Shown here piece by piece: positions 19,174 to 30,735 of a stretch of DNA of 64,000 nt. Each line of letters starts with the position of its first letter. Within the stretch, counting starts at the first letter, position 1. This DNA is from Marsupella aquatica (lineage: Eukaryota; Plantae; Marchantiophyta). The notes under the pieces were generated by a model. It was not told where the DNA came from and searched no databases. It saw nothing but the letters and a program-made list of their open reading frames with translations. The stretch is taken from the NCBI GenBank assembly GCA_973895155.1, contig OZ316898.1, positions 8,729,079 to 8,793,078 of the forward strand. Direction: 5' to 3'. The translations under genes were made by a program, and so were the position numbers.

Positions 19174-22100
19174 ACAGGAATCACTCGGCCGGTTAAGTGG
19201 GTAAAGCAGGAAGGCACCCTAGGAACACCTTAGTATAGTGACAAAACAAGGAAAATATAAACAATTAGGGGCAACCATGGAACCCGGGCAGAGGCCGGAG
19301 GTAAGGCTGAGGGTGAAAACCCGATTAGGGTTAGGGCGCGTTAAGCGTCGGCGGCTAGGAAGGATCAACGGGAAGAAGGACCGGCAGAGGAGAGGGGTAA
19401 GGAGCGCTTGCAGGAGATGGTGGCTCATTTGCGAGCACGAACTAGGCAGACGACTACGGGAGGCCAACTACTGTCAGCTGCTTAGGCAAGCACTCGGGGA
19501 GAGAGTAGATACCGACGATCGACCTAAGGAGGGTATGAGCAACGTCAATCAAGCGGCACATTTCTGGGGATGCCTGTTCGAACGGGCAACTGAGTACATC
19601 AAGACTTACGAGGACGAGGAGTCAGAAAGGGCAGCTCGAGAACGGCAGGAGCTCGCTCGATTGTGGGAGCTGCAGAAGACGGCTTTCTTAGGAGGCGAAC
19701 TCATCAAGGACGAGTTCCTATGGACGCCTACTTCCAATCAACTCGACGATCTTCTGTTTTGCAAAGACAGCGTCGTCGGCATCCGAGAGGCCATCAAGAA
19801 CTGCAACGACATACACTGGGAATTAAAGGGTAGCACGGAAAGGTGGACCCGGGCAACGGTGCTAGGAGAAACCTCCACGGCAGCAGAGATGAAGAGGAAG
19901 GGGGCCGTCAACGATGAAGCCACCCCGGCAAAAAGAACGAGGTCGGCGGCACCAAAGAAGCCAGCCGAGCAGCAGAGCAAGGGGCAGGGAGAAGCCGAAG
20001 AGGAGGAGGTCGATCCCATCAAGGCCATTCCAACCAGGGATGACACCTGGAAGGGCTGGGCGGCAACCCTACCGGTGGAGGTGCAACTACATTTTGCACG
20101 GGAGGAGGATGCATGCTTTACGGCCATGCAGACCAAGAAGTACCAAGGCTTCATGGCCGGATCCAGCTTGGAGGCCTTTGTAAGATTACCATGGCTGAAG
20201 CCGGAGGTACCGGAGTCAGACCTATTAGAATTCGTGGGGTCATGGGAACCCGAGACCAATTGCACGAGGATATATGGGAAGGATTTCTATCTTACTCCCA
20301 AGGTGATTGCCGAAGTGTTTGGCTTGCCGATGGGCAATAAGACCAAAGTTGATACCAGGAAGACCTTGCCTGACAAGGAGTTCCGGTCGTTCCCCGGGCC
20401 ATCAACGAAGAATGGCTTCTTCCGGAACACCTGCACCAACCCGCACATAGGAGAGATGATCGACTTCTTGCGGGTGACCATGCATTGTAACTTACCGAGG
20501 GCAGAGATCGGCAAGGCACAGGTCTATCTGGCAGAAAGGCCAGACCCAAGCCGGGACTACAACGGGTACCTCCTCAACCAATTGAAGAAGATCTTAAAGG
20601 AGGAGCAGCAGGTAATCGGCATGGGGAGCGTGTCGCGGCTTGGCTATCACATGCCGCTGTTGTGCCGGTATGCCAGAGGTCAGACTTTTGCCCCGGTACT
20701 TCCCCTGCAGGTAAGGGCACCCGAGGAAACTCCAACGCCGAGGCCGTTGGCTGAGAAGCCTCAACCACCTGTTAGTCCTACGATCGAGCAGGTGTTTAGG
20801 CCCAAGAAGGAAGACTTGCCGATGCAGCAACCAGGCATGCAGAGTCTGCTGAAACTACTGGAGAAAGAAAAGAAATCGGCATCGGCAACAACAACGGCAA
20901 CGGCAACAATGCAGGACACTACTACAGAGGTAGGCCTACACCGGCTCACAAGAGAAAACCCCTTTGCTGGAGACAAGAAGAGAATCAGGCCGGAATCCAA
21001 GCCAGGTGTTCGAATGTACGTGGGAACCTCAACCTCCAAATCTGAGGCAGAATTGCCTGAAGCTCCTACCGAGGAAGAGGAGAGGGAGAAGCCGGACGTC
21101 CAAGAGGTAGAGGAGGCAGTGGAGGACTGCAACCATGATAATTCCGGCTATGGGTCGGACCATCACGTTCCAGGAGTAAGGACCTGTGGCCGGTTTGTCC
21201 CCACACTTCCAAGGGTAGTGCGAGGGGACCCCAACCAGCAGAGTAGCCCTGAGTCTCCCCCACCAGATGTCGCTCCCCCGAGCTTCGACGGCATAAAACA
21301 GACGGTGCAGGAATTTCAGGAGCGAATCAAGCAGGAGGAAGAGGCCGCCCTGGCTAAGGAAAAAGATTTACCAGGAGGAGATTGGCCGGAGGACATCAGG
21401 CGGCTAGCCGAAAAAGGAAGCAAACCTCTAGCCACGATTGAAGAGATCCGCAGGACGGCGTGGGAGCAGAGGCCACGATGGGCGATGCCGATCACTTCTA
21501 CTTACTCCACCTACGCTAAGAATAGAGCCATGGAGTATGGTGAGATGTGTGGGGAACTTGCGCTCGGCATCTTTGGAGAGGAGTTGGAGGTAGGACCCTT
21601 TTTTCATAGGGAGCAGTTGGAGAAGCACCAATTAGAAGAAGCGGTGGCTTTAGAGAGAAGCAAGAAGGACGAGGTCATTCGGCGGCTTAGGAGGATGGAA
21701 GCCGAGATTGAAGATCTAAGGGCGGCCAAGAAAGCCCAAGATGAACTGCGGATTAAACGACATGAGCTGAACATCATGCAGGGGCAGTTGGACGCCGCGC
21801 AGGCTGATAATCAGAATATCAAGGATAAACTGACTCAGACACAGGAAGAGTTGGCCGACACGATCAAAGAGAGGGAAAAGTGGAAGCAAGAGCTGAAGAA
21901 TACAGAGGAGGCCCACATAACAGCCAACAGCCGGGCCATGGCGGAGACCCAAAGAAAGGAATGGGCGTTGAAAGGGGAGCTCGAGAAAATCCGCAGAGCC
22001 CTTGAGCAGAAGGAGGTCGAGTTAGGGAAATCCTATCAAGGGATTATGGCGCTGCAACAGGAGCTTGCGTCCTTGACGGCCAGCTTCAAGGCCGACCTAA

Positions 22101-23821
22101 GGGAGAAGGACGAGATGCTCGAACAGACTTACGCCAAGATGAACCAGATGGAGTCTGTCATCATTGCAGAGCTCGACAAGGAGCTAAGAGCAACCCAGGA
22201 GGAGAGGGCTACCTTGAAGAAGGAATTGGAGGAAGCCCACAGGGAGCAGGAGGAGGCCAAAAACGAGCTGGAGGGGGCACGTAAGGACCTGGATGAAACC
22301 CAAGAGGAGTTGGAGGAAATCACGAGGAAGATGGAGAACCTACAGCGGCGGGCCGACAACCAAACAGAGCGGCTGAAGAAACAAGCCGCAGTATTTAAAT
22401 GCTTAGCTGTAGCAGGTCCATCTCCCGTTGGGACAAACCAGTTACCAGGGGTGGTAATTGCCGAAGGACAAGCCGCGTCAACTGCACCAGTGCCGGAAGT
22501 AAGTGGGAAGGGGAAGGGACCAGCTGCCGAGCCACCAACGAAGAAGAAGCGGAAACCTTCAGGGTCAAGGAGTAATACGACTTCACAGGCCGTGGTGATC
22601 AAGGAGGTAGACCCAGCACCGACCCCAGACAGGGTCACGGCTAAGGATCCAACTACCCTAGGGGAAGGGGAGGCCGAAGCCGAGGGAGTGGCTGAAGCCG
22701 AAGCCGTGGGAGTGGCTGAGGCCGAAGCCGTGGGTATTGCCGAGGCCGGTGTCGAGGCTGAAGCCGAAGGTGGACCCAGTCAGGCCGATGGAGAGTTGAC
22801 TCGGTCAAGGGCAGGTAATCTGTCAGTAGGCGGGCCAACGGCAGTGGCTGAGGAGGAAATGTTGGGGGCGTCCATTGAGGATCCACCACCGGTGTCGTGA
22901 CGGTGCAAGGGCGCCGTTCCTTTTAGGGAGGGCGGACGTGGAGGGAGGAGGCGTGAGTGGGCAGGGCGGGCGCAGATCTCCACGTTTAGGATTAGGATCA
23001 GAACCAGGAGCGGCCCTGACACTTAGCTTAGTGGGATTGCGGTTCCACTGGTAGGAGCAACACTTGTGCTCCTGCCTTGCTGTACATAGGTAGATTCGGG
23101 CAAGTAGATTACTGTCAGGTAGATTAGGCTTACGATGCAAAGAATGGCGGATCCACTACCAGGATAAGTACCTGGGCAGCGGGGAGCTCAGGGCCTCTTC
23201 TTTAGCAAGTTTTTAGTTTGCACCAGCCGGGCTGGGATCAAGTAGTACGAGAAGCTCTCGGTTAGTCATACAGTGACCCTTGTGTATATTCATGTTTCCT
23301 CATGCCTAAGAGCTGAATAGAGTTGGCCTCACGGCTTAGTTCGCAGAACTTGTGTATGAGATGTACTGTTTGTATGGCAAGTGCATGGTATGACTCAGTC
23401 AGAATGAGTCATTTTGCTATTTGTGTGTCGCATTAACTTGTGTGAAGAGTGCCCACATCAACAGAAGGAAGGAAAGTAAGCAGGGGAGTGATAGTTGGAT
23501 GTGTCGAGCTGAGAGAGGTCTTAGCGGCTTAACCAAGCCTATTGGGGATCATTCCGGCGGCGGAATCCAAACATACCTAACAAGACGGAGGGGAAGACAG
23601 AGGAAGACAAGGGAAGGCCTATATTAGGTCGGCTACGTATCTCATGACCCGATGAAGGATCTGTCCAGTATATGTGTGTAAAATGTTAATAGTAGTAGTA
23701 GAAGGTTAGCAGCGTCCCATGCCGCTAAGCCGCGGAAACGGCCTCGCCAAGCACGAAACCTACGGGAATCGGCTTGAGCTGGGGGGTTTCTTGGGTTTAG
23801 GGAGCCATGGGACGCACCACA
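19162..23821 (+). repeat. 3' LTR (4,660 bp)
   Basis: Direct repeat of 8280-12939, followed by TSD GGAAT. Confidence 0.95.
19277..22900 (+). CDS. LTR-encoded ~1,207-aa protein (3' LTR copy)
   Basis: Open frame 19238-22900; differs from the 5' copy by about 6 amino-acid changes and no indels. Confidence 0.8.
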   Translation: MEPGQRPEVRLRVKTRLGLGRVKRRRLGRINGKKDRQRRGVRSACRRWWLICEHELGRRLREANYCQLLRQALGERVDTDDRPKEGMSNVNQAAHFWGCLFERATEYIKTYEDEESERAARERQELARLWELQKTAFLGGELIKDEFLWTPTSNQLDDLLFCKDSVVGIREAIKNCNDIHWELKGSTERWTRATVLGETSTAAEMKRKGAVNDEATPAKRTRSAAPKKPAEQQSKGQGEAEEEEVDPIKAIPTRDDTWKGWAATLPVEVQLHFAREEDACFTAMQTKKYQGFMAGSSLEAFVRLPWLKPEVPESDLLEFVGSWEPETNCTRIYGKDFYLTPKVIAEVFGLPMGNKTKVDTRKTLPDKEFRSFPGPSTKNGFFRNTCTNPHIGEMIDFLRVTMHCNLPRAEIGKAQVYLAERPDPSRDYNGYLLNQLKKILKEEQQVIGMGSVSRLGYHMPLLCRYARGQTFAPVLPLQVRAPEETPTPRPLAEKPQPPVSPTIEQVFRPKKEDLPMQQPGMQSLLKLLEKEKKSASATTTATATMQDTTTEVGLHRLTRENPFAGDKKRIRPESKPGVRMYVGTSTSKSEAELPEAPTEEEEREKPDVQEVEEAVEDCNHDNSGYGSDHHVPGVRTCGRFVPTLPRVVRGDPNQQSSPESPPPDVAPPSFDGIKQTVQEFQERIKQEEEAALAKEKDLPGGDWPEDIRRLAEKGSKPLATIEEIRRTAWEQRPRWAMPITSTYSTYAKNRAMEYGEMCGELALGIFGEELEVGPFFHREQLEKHQLEEAVALERSKKDEVIRRLRRMEAEIEDLRAAKKAQDELRIKRHELNIMQGQLDAAQADNQNIKDKLTQTQEELADTIKEREKWKQELKNTEEAHITANSRAMAETQRKEWALKGELEKIRRALEQKEVELGKSYQGIMALQQELASLTASFKADLREKDEMLEQTYAKMNQMESVIIAELDKELRATQEERATLKKELEEAHREQEEAKNELEGARKDLDETQEELEEITRKMENLQRRADNQTERLKKQAAVFKCLAVAGPSPVGTNQLPGVVIAEGQAASTAPVPEVSGKGKGPAAEPPTKKKRKPSGSRSNTTSQAVVIKEVDPAPTPDRVTAKDPTTLGEGEAEAEGVAEAEAVGVAEAEAVGIAEAGVEAEAEGGPSQADGELTRSRAGNLSVGGPTAVAEEEMLGASIEDPPPVS

Positions 23822-24609
23822 GGAATCCTCCCTCAGTTAGTGACTCGGACTAACTCCCGGCTTGGGGCTTTTCAAGCCATCGACGCGAAAGAACTTTGTG
23901 ACATACAATGGGTGGCAATCCCTACCATTAGTCCACACCCGGTACGTCCCTTAAAATGGTGCCTTTGCCCAGACAAAGCATACTCACCACACCAGTTACT
24001 TGCAGAAACATTAGAGGGAAAAGACTACATTTACTTAGCAAAGCATCAGTTTACATGGTTGATTCGACTTCAAAGGGGGTCAGCAGGCCCAATGGCAGTC
24101 GATGCCCAGTCTCTACGAGGCCCCGCCTCGCACTTGCCCAACAAGCTCGACTCTGGCTCTCACTCCTTAGTGCGCTCTGACCCTGCTCAGGCCGGGACTC
24201 CCCGTGCCTCACCTATCTTTTGCCGAGATAACTAAGCCTTCTCCCCCTTCCATAGCGGAAGGGGAAGCCTAAATACTACAGTTTGCGGAAGAGAACCGGA
24301 GGATACTACCTTTCGGGATACTACCTACTGCCTAACTACCTTGACTACTGGTCGTGCCGCACTGACCGGTTGACCGTCGACGACAAGGGTGCCAACCGGG
24401 ATGGCAGCGGCCAAGCCTTTTGACAAAAATCTAGTCCATTGATGAACTCCATCCTTTGTTGGCTGATCCTAACTGATCCGGCCCTAATTCTTCCTACTGC
24501 CGCTAATCGGTGCCTAATGACAGTCATTCTGTCGTTGCACCTAACCGAAAGATGTCGTTGTCTTAACTGCCTCGCGTGGCGCCTGCTTCCACCCTTCGCT
24601 AACCACCCC

Positions 24610-27217
24610 TTACATGGGTGCTGTGGTTGGACCAGGGCTGGTCCCCTTGTCAGGGCGAGACCTCGAGCCGCCTTGATCAGAGGTGGGCCCAGGTTTTCCC
24701 CGCTGGAGGACGAGCAGGGTAACGCGGTCCTGCAAGGCCTTGTTGTCCCGTACCGCCTCCTCCGCCTCGTTTGCAGCTTCATCGGCCTCGGCCTGGAGCC
24801 GCGCTACCTCCAAGTTGAGATGGTTAATGGAGTCGCGATGGATCTGGTCCTGCGCCAGCAATTTATCCCGCTCGGCGGAGAGACTAGCCACCTGCTGCGC
24901 TGCCTACAGGAATTGTTTGTTGAGGTCGGTCAGGCTGGTAACCCGAGCCAAAGATTCTGAGCGTAATTGAAGCACGGTGTCGTCCAGCTTCTTGAGATCT
25001 GCTTGCGCTCTGCTTAACTCCTGGGTTAGTCCGTCCCTCTGTTCGACGGTGCGGACTAACTCCTCGCGGCGGGTAGTGGCCTCCTCCTCGAGGTGCTCTA
25101 CCAGCATCTGGAGGCGCCCGATCTCATTCCCCTTCGCCATGAGTTCTTCTTCCAAGCGGCTTACGATCCGTGGTTGGTGCTCTAACATGAAGAAGGCTGG
25201 TTGAAAGTACGCCGAGACTTGTTGTCCGATGTATGTTGCCAGCTCCCCAGACATAGTCTGGCTAAACTTCTGGACCAGGTCGTAGGCCATGGTCCCCGGG
25301 GCTACTTGGTAGTCCTCCATCCTCTCGGGTATCGGTGGTTCCTTGGGCGGGGCAACAAGCTCCTCCGTAGTCTGCGCTGGGGAGGGGAAGGTTTCTTCAG
25401 GTGGTGGAGGGATTGGGGGTGGTTGTACTGCGGGTAGTGGAGGCTCGACGGAAGGGGGCAGCGGAATTTCTAAAGGAGGAGGTGGTGGAGTATTACTCGG
25501 GGCTTTCGGCTCGGGGCTTGCCTGAGGGACGGTAGTCCGTGTGCTTGGGGTTGCCTCCTCTGGTGCACGGGTGATATTAGTCGGGGCTGAGGTGGCCATA
25601 TTCTTTCCTCTGGCCTCCCGCCGTGCCTTGTACCAGGCAAGGATAATGGCGATATGGCTTCCCAAGTAAGTCTTCCCCCCAATAGCCATACCACCCTGAG
25701 CCCGCTTCAGCTCCCCCAAGAATCTTCGGTAGAAGAATTGGGCCCAGTTCCGCCGTTTGTACTGTTCCACCTGCACGATCGTGCAGAGGGAAATCTCGGA
25801 TCGTGGCTCAATCATGTGTAGGGTAGTCCGTATGAAGTTAAAACGCTCCATGCAGATTAAGTTGGTGCACGACCCCTGCTTGTATCCATTGTCTGTCTTA
25901 CCCTCAGGTTTGAAGTGCTGCGGCGTATACTCCTTATCCCAAATTCGGAGTTCAACTGGCACCGGCCCGATTGGCAGATAGAAGATTTGCGTTAACCGAT
26001 GCTCCGTCAGTGATAAGGCCTGCCCCAAAACCTTGGTGGTCGATGCGTCAGTGTCAAAATTGGAGATGAACTCACAAATCTCCTTCGGCCTGACGGCGCA
26101 CGGCCTCCATAGCAAGTGAGCGAACCGCTCCAACTGATGCTCCTTCAGATAGTCCGCGTGTTTGAGTTTCTTGATCGCGATCCAGACTACTTCGGGGATG
26201 CGAATTACTTGTAATAAGTTGGACTTCGGGTTATCCGGGGGTCGTCGGTTCTGGTTGGCCGGGGGGTTTGCCGGGGCAGGGGCAGGTGCAGGCGCGGCGT
26301 TGGTTTGCGTTGTTGATTCGGGGGCCGTCGTCGTCCTTGATCGCTTACGAGAATGATGTTCGAGTTGCGGACTAACTTGCTCGGAACCCGAAGAACACTC
26401 TGTGTTGATCACTGGACGGACTTGGGACCGGTTTGGCGGTACGCCGGTGGTCATCGACTGAGGCACTGGTGGTATCGGGGTAGCCATATCCCAGTTGAAG
26501 GCGTTGGAGCTTTCCCCGAGGAATGTAAGATTACGCGCCGCTTCCCGTTGTCTGCTGATGTCTTCTTGGCACTTTTCGGCTGCAATCTGCTGGTCTAGGT
26601 ACCCCGAAATCTTGTCGAACTCCGCTTGAGTAAGCCGTTGGCTGCCCTTCAACTTAAAGAACTTCACTGGGACTTCAAGAATCGCCTCTGCTACCGATCT
26701 AAGCCCTTCCTCGCTGAGATATAGTTCGGTGATGTAGTCTCCTAGCTCGTTGTAGCTGGAATCCCTGGTGATGGCTGTCCTTTCGCAATTAACCAGTGCT
26801 ACCTTGGTCACCAGCTTCGCGTATCTTTGTTCGTAAGCGGCTTTCTCGGGACAAGAGTACCAGTAAGTCTCGGAGAACTTAGCACCTACCTCGCCAAACA
26901 AGGTCCAAAATCCCAAGGTTGTAAGGGTCATACTAACCTCGTAGTCCGGTCCGTTGAGTCCACGTTCCCACTCGGCTGGTCCTTTTGCTGGTGGAGGTCT
27001 CGCTCGTCCTGACTAAATCTTGCCATATTCTACTCTTATCCCTCGATAATCTCCTTGTAAAGGTCGACTTGATTCGATCAAAAAGGCGAGTGGATGGCAA
27101 CGTCCGCGAATTCCAAAAAGGTGGAAATGAGCAAATGGCCCGCAGTGCCATCGGCTCCTCTCTTATGGAGGTGCCAGGATGAGCCCGAGCGTGAGAAGGC
27201 CAGGCCGTTTTGGTCAT
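24610..27217 (-). pseudogene. Homolog of the LTR-encoded protein inside the solo LTR (in-frame TAG at 24904-24906; probable frameshift near 26932)
   Basis: FAHLLWRPCAVRPKEICEFISNFDTDASTTKVLGQALSLTEHRLTQIFYLPIG aligns with FVRLPWLKPEVPESDLLEFVGSWEPETNCTRIYGKDFYLTPKVIAEVFGLPMG; NGYKQGSCTN..FIRTTLHMIEPRSEI aligns with NGFFRNTCTN..FLRVTMHCNLPRAEI. The coiled-coil C-terminus continues in frame to 24610. Confidence 0.85.
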
Positions 27218-29504
27218 TGAATGAGCTGAAGTCGGCGCCTCGGTCCAAGCGTGACTTCTAACTGATTTTTACTCCGCTGCCGCCACCGTACCTCGGTCGC
27301 GCGTAATAATCCTCTTCTTGAACTCGTAATTATTTGGTCATCTTAACCTACTCCTAATCTATTCATAATGGCAACAGACGGCTATACGTGCTATTCTATG
27401 CTACGGCTACGGTCCTAACGTCTGTATAAGACCTAATCTACGACCTGGGTTTGGTTAAGTGACACGTTACCCGTGTCACAATGAATATAGTGATAAAGAT
27501 ATATCATCTATAGTACTTGTTGTTGATCTTTTGCTTAGTTGACACCCTGGTTGACACCTCTTATAGTGATGCGTCCCCATTTGGTTCAATGGCACGTCCT
27601 TACTTGGCTTTCACTTAGCTTTTCACCTAGTTATAGTTGTTGCCCCAATTAAAGACAAAGATTAAATCTAATGTGTTAGGTATTTACCCTTCCATCTAGG
27701 GTTACAATATGTAACCGTAGTTAGGCTAACCATAGTCGGAAACGTGGTTACGTTAACTAAGTTGCACACTATATCCCAAGCGATGCTTGCTAGGATGAAT
27801 GGAACCAAGGCTCATTGTTATAGAACCACTTGAGAGGTGAGGAGAGCTTATACTATGGAGACCTGGTATAGTCGACAGACTTAGAGTTCAATAAAGCTCT
27901 CTTGTGTGTTCCCGTGGACGTAGCCTCAAGGAGGTGAACCACGCATCTATTGTGTTGACTACTCGTGCGTTGGATGTGTCATGGGCTTACCATTGTGATC
28001 GAATGTCGTCTTTGCTCAACATAGTGTGCTTCTCACATCTACATGTACTTGTAGTTTCAGTGAAGATGTCAAATTTTCATTTCTTGCTTAGTTTTCATGG
28101 AAGAATTCTTTCAAGTTCTCAATGACACAAGTCCCTCATCATTACAAGATTTGTACTACTAGTTACATTACTATGAGCGTTGTGCTAGAGAAGGTATTAG
28201 GAGGGGTATTATTTTGCTCAAATTACCTCTAGCTTGCTTTGAGCCCTTGGGCCCTCACTCCGTGTAAAAGAAGTGGACCCCCTATAATCGGGACCTCTTC
28301 CTATTTACCCCTTGTTATTTTCATTTTACTATAAAAACTTCCCTTATTACTGGTAATAATTATAATTATTAGTTCAAAATGAATAATGAATAAAATCTCT
28401 TTGAGCATTCGCACGTCCTCCACATATTAGTTAAGATTGAGGGCCCGGGGTTTGAGTCATTAATTGTACAAGACTTAGAGTGACTTATAACATGTTGGGG
28501 GCACTTGTAAGTTTGGCTCCTTTATTCAAGGATTTGCATTTATTGAAGTTCATTTCAAATATGTTTTGGTTTTACTAGGTGATTTTTGTCTCCATGCTCA
28601 ATGCTGATTGGGTTAAGGGGCAGTGATTGAACAACCTGACATTGCCTTAATTGCTTTATTTTCATTGGGCCAACTTGCATGTATGCAGCCCTGAAACAAT
28701 TGGCCCTAAGCCCCGCCCTAAGCAATCGCAAACCTTTAAGAAAAAACCAAATCTTGGTATCTCTGTCCCTAGTGGGGTCCCTAGTACGTGTATTGAGCGC
28801 CCTTGCCCTTGGATTCTTGCTTGGTCCTTGTCCACTATAGATTATGCACTACCCATTTTGATAGTATATCAAAGGTGGGATTGCTAAGGGCGAGGGCCAA
28901 AAATCCATAATGATTGCCATCAGGCCTGCCTTAGGAGGGGATTCAGGCACTAAACTATAAATCTATGATATGATGGCATGAGTCAACTTGAGGGCTTTCA
29001 AACAACGGACTGCATACATGCAAGTTGGCCCTTCATGTTGTTTTCCTGGCCTCCATGTGGGAGTTGTCCTTTTCAACATGAGTTGGCCTTTGTGCTGCTT
29101 GTTTTCCCTTATCCTTGGTGCTTTCATAGTTTTATAACTTAGAAGTCCAAATCAAAAGATTTTTGGTTTGTATTCTATATTGAGAAGAGGAAGTGACCTT
29201 CCAGTAAATTTGCTTTGGTGAAAGAAGAGTAGTCATGCACTCCACAGAGTAGTGGGAGTGAGCCCACCAAAACCAATCGATTGTTACAATCAGCCACATC
29301 AATGATGATCACAGGTCTCTGAAGCGGCAAGAGTGTAGAGACTTGCTTCAAAATGTGGCTAGTGGTCTTTGGACATTGCAACCAGTGGGGTAGCGCATGA
29401 GACCTGGTTTGAAGTTAGAATCACCAGCACCAAACCGACTCGCAGAGACTCATGGCAGAGCTATTTGGAGAGCATGGGTGGGAGTGCTCTCATTACAGAT
29501 GACC

Positions 29505-29715
29505 GAACCGGTCACAAGACCCATGGCATTGCTGTTTGACAAAACGGGTCACAAGACCCATGGCATGGTTGTTTGACAATGGCATGGCTGTTTGACATTG
29601 GCATGGCTGTTTGGGAAGCATGGATAGGAGTGCTCTTATTACTGTAGGTGCCAAAGTGGGTCGCAAAGACCCATGTCATGGCTATTTGGTGGGCATGGGT
29701 AGGAGTGCTCTTATC
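29505..29715. repeat. Short degenerate tandem repeats (caagacccatggcat..gctgtttgaca; ggagtgctc)
   Basis: Motif recurs 3-5 times. Confidence 0.7.
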
Positions 29716-29914
29716 ATACCCTCCAGATTTAATCTCATAAGTAATAAAAGAAGCAATGGGTCCAGCCTCTTCGAAACCCACTCTTTGTGTACAGCATAAC
29801 TATTGGAGATGATTGTCTATATGACGAGGTATTTGTTCAATGCACCCTCAAAATGAAAAGTGTTACTAGAGGTTTTGGGTATGTTAATTTAAGGTCTATC
29901 AACAGGCAGGATCA

Positions 29915-30735
29915 CTCGAGGGTCCTATCAAGTAACACTTTTCATTGTGGGGTCCATCAAGCATATAGTTACCTCTCTAGGAACCCTCTCAACTAACTCT
30001 CATAAAAGGTTCTATCAAGTAACACTTTTTGTTTTGAGGGTCCATCAAGCATATACCTCTCGCTATGACCCCTTTCAACTAACTCCTATAAATGGGTCCC
30101 AGCAAGTGTTACTTGCTATTTTGAGGGTGCATCAATCATAGACCTCTCTCTATGACCCCTTTCAACTGACTCATATAAAAGGTCCATATACCTCTCTCCC
30201 CCTTTCACCTAACTCTTAAGGTCCATTTACCTTCTCTATGACCCTTTCAAAGAACTTTCATAAAAGGCCCTATCAAGTAACACTTTTCATTTTGAGGGTC
30301 CATCAAGCATATACCTCTCTCTATGACCTCTTTCAACTAACTCCTGTAAAAGGGTCCCAGCTCAAGCAGATACCTGTGTGTGTGACTCTTTCAAGGAACT
30401 CTTACAAAAGGTCAATACTTTTCATTTTTAGGGTGTATCACACATATACCCCTCTCTATGACCCCTTTCAACCAACTCTTATAAACGGTCCATATACCTC
30501 TCGCTATGACCCCTTTCAAGGAAATCTTATAAAAGATCAATACTTTTCATTTTGAGGGTGCATCACGTATATACTTCTGTCTATGACCCCTTTCAACCAA
30601 CTCTTATAAAAGGTCCATATACCTCTCTATGACCCCTTTCAACGAAATCTTATAAGAGATCAATACTTTTCATTCTGAGGGGGTGCATCACGCATGTACC
30701 TCTGTCTATGACCCCTTTCAATCAACTCTTATAAA
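29915..30735. repeat. Degenerate minisatellite (core acctctctatgacccctttcaactaactcttataaaaggtcc)
   Basis: Core recurs more than 10 times, alternating with a ttttcattttgagggtgcatca block. Confidence 0.9.

Larger units (their letters stand above)
8280..23821 (+). mobile_element. Full-length Ty3/Gypsy LTR retrotransposon (non-chromovirus, Athila/Tat-related), 15,542 bp
   Basis: Near-identical direct repeats 8280-12939 and 19162-23821 (offset 10,882) with TG...CA ends. TSD GGAAT at 8275-8279 and 23822-23826. PBS-like TGG motif, PPT, domain order gag-PR-RT-RH-INT, no chromodomain. Confidence 0.97.
8079..27480 (-). mobile_element. Solo LTR (~3,855 bp excluding nested insert) of a second, related Gypsy family, interrupted by the element at 8280-23821
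   Basis: TG at 8079 and CA at 27480, flanked by 5-bp TSD ATGAA (8074-8078 and 27481-27485). Minus-strand termini TGTGACAC...TAGGGACGCGGCA resemble the nested family's TGTGATGC...GGGACGCACCACA. No gag/pol of its own, but it carries a homolog of the LTR-encoded ORF. Confidence 0.85.

Noticed and set aside
8280-23821. Segmental or tandem gene duplication, or assembly artefact, as explanation for the two 1,220-aa ORFs
   Set aside because: The repeat boundaries coincide exactly with TG...CA, TSD, PBS and PPT, and the copies differ by about 17 substitutions.
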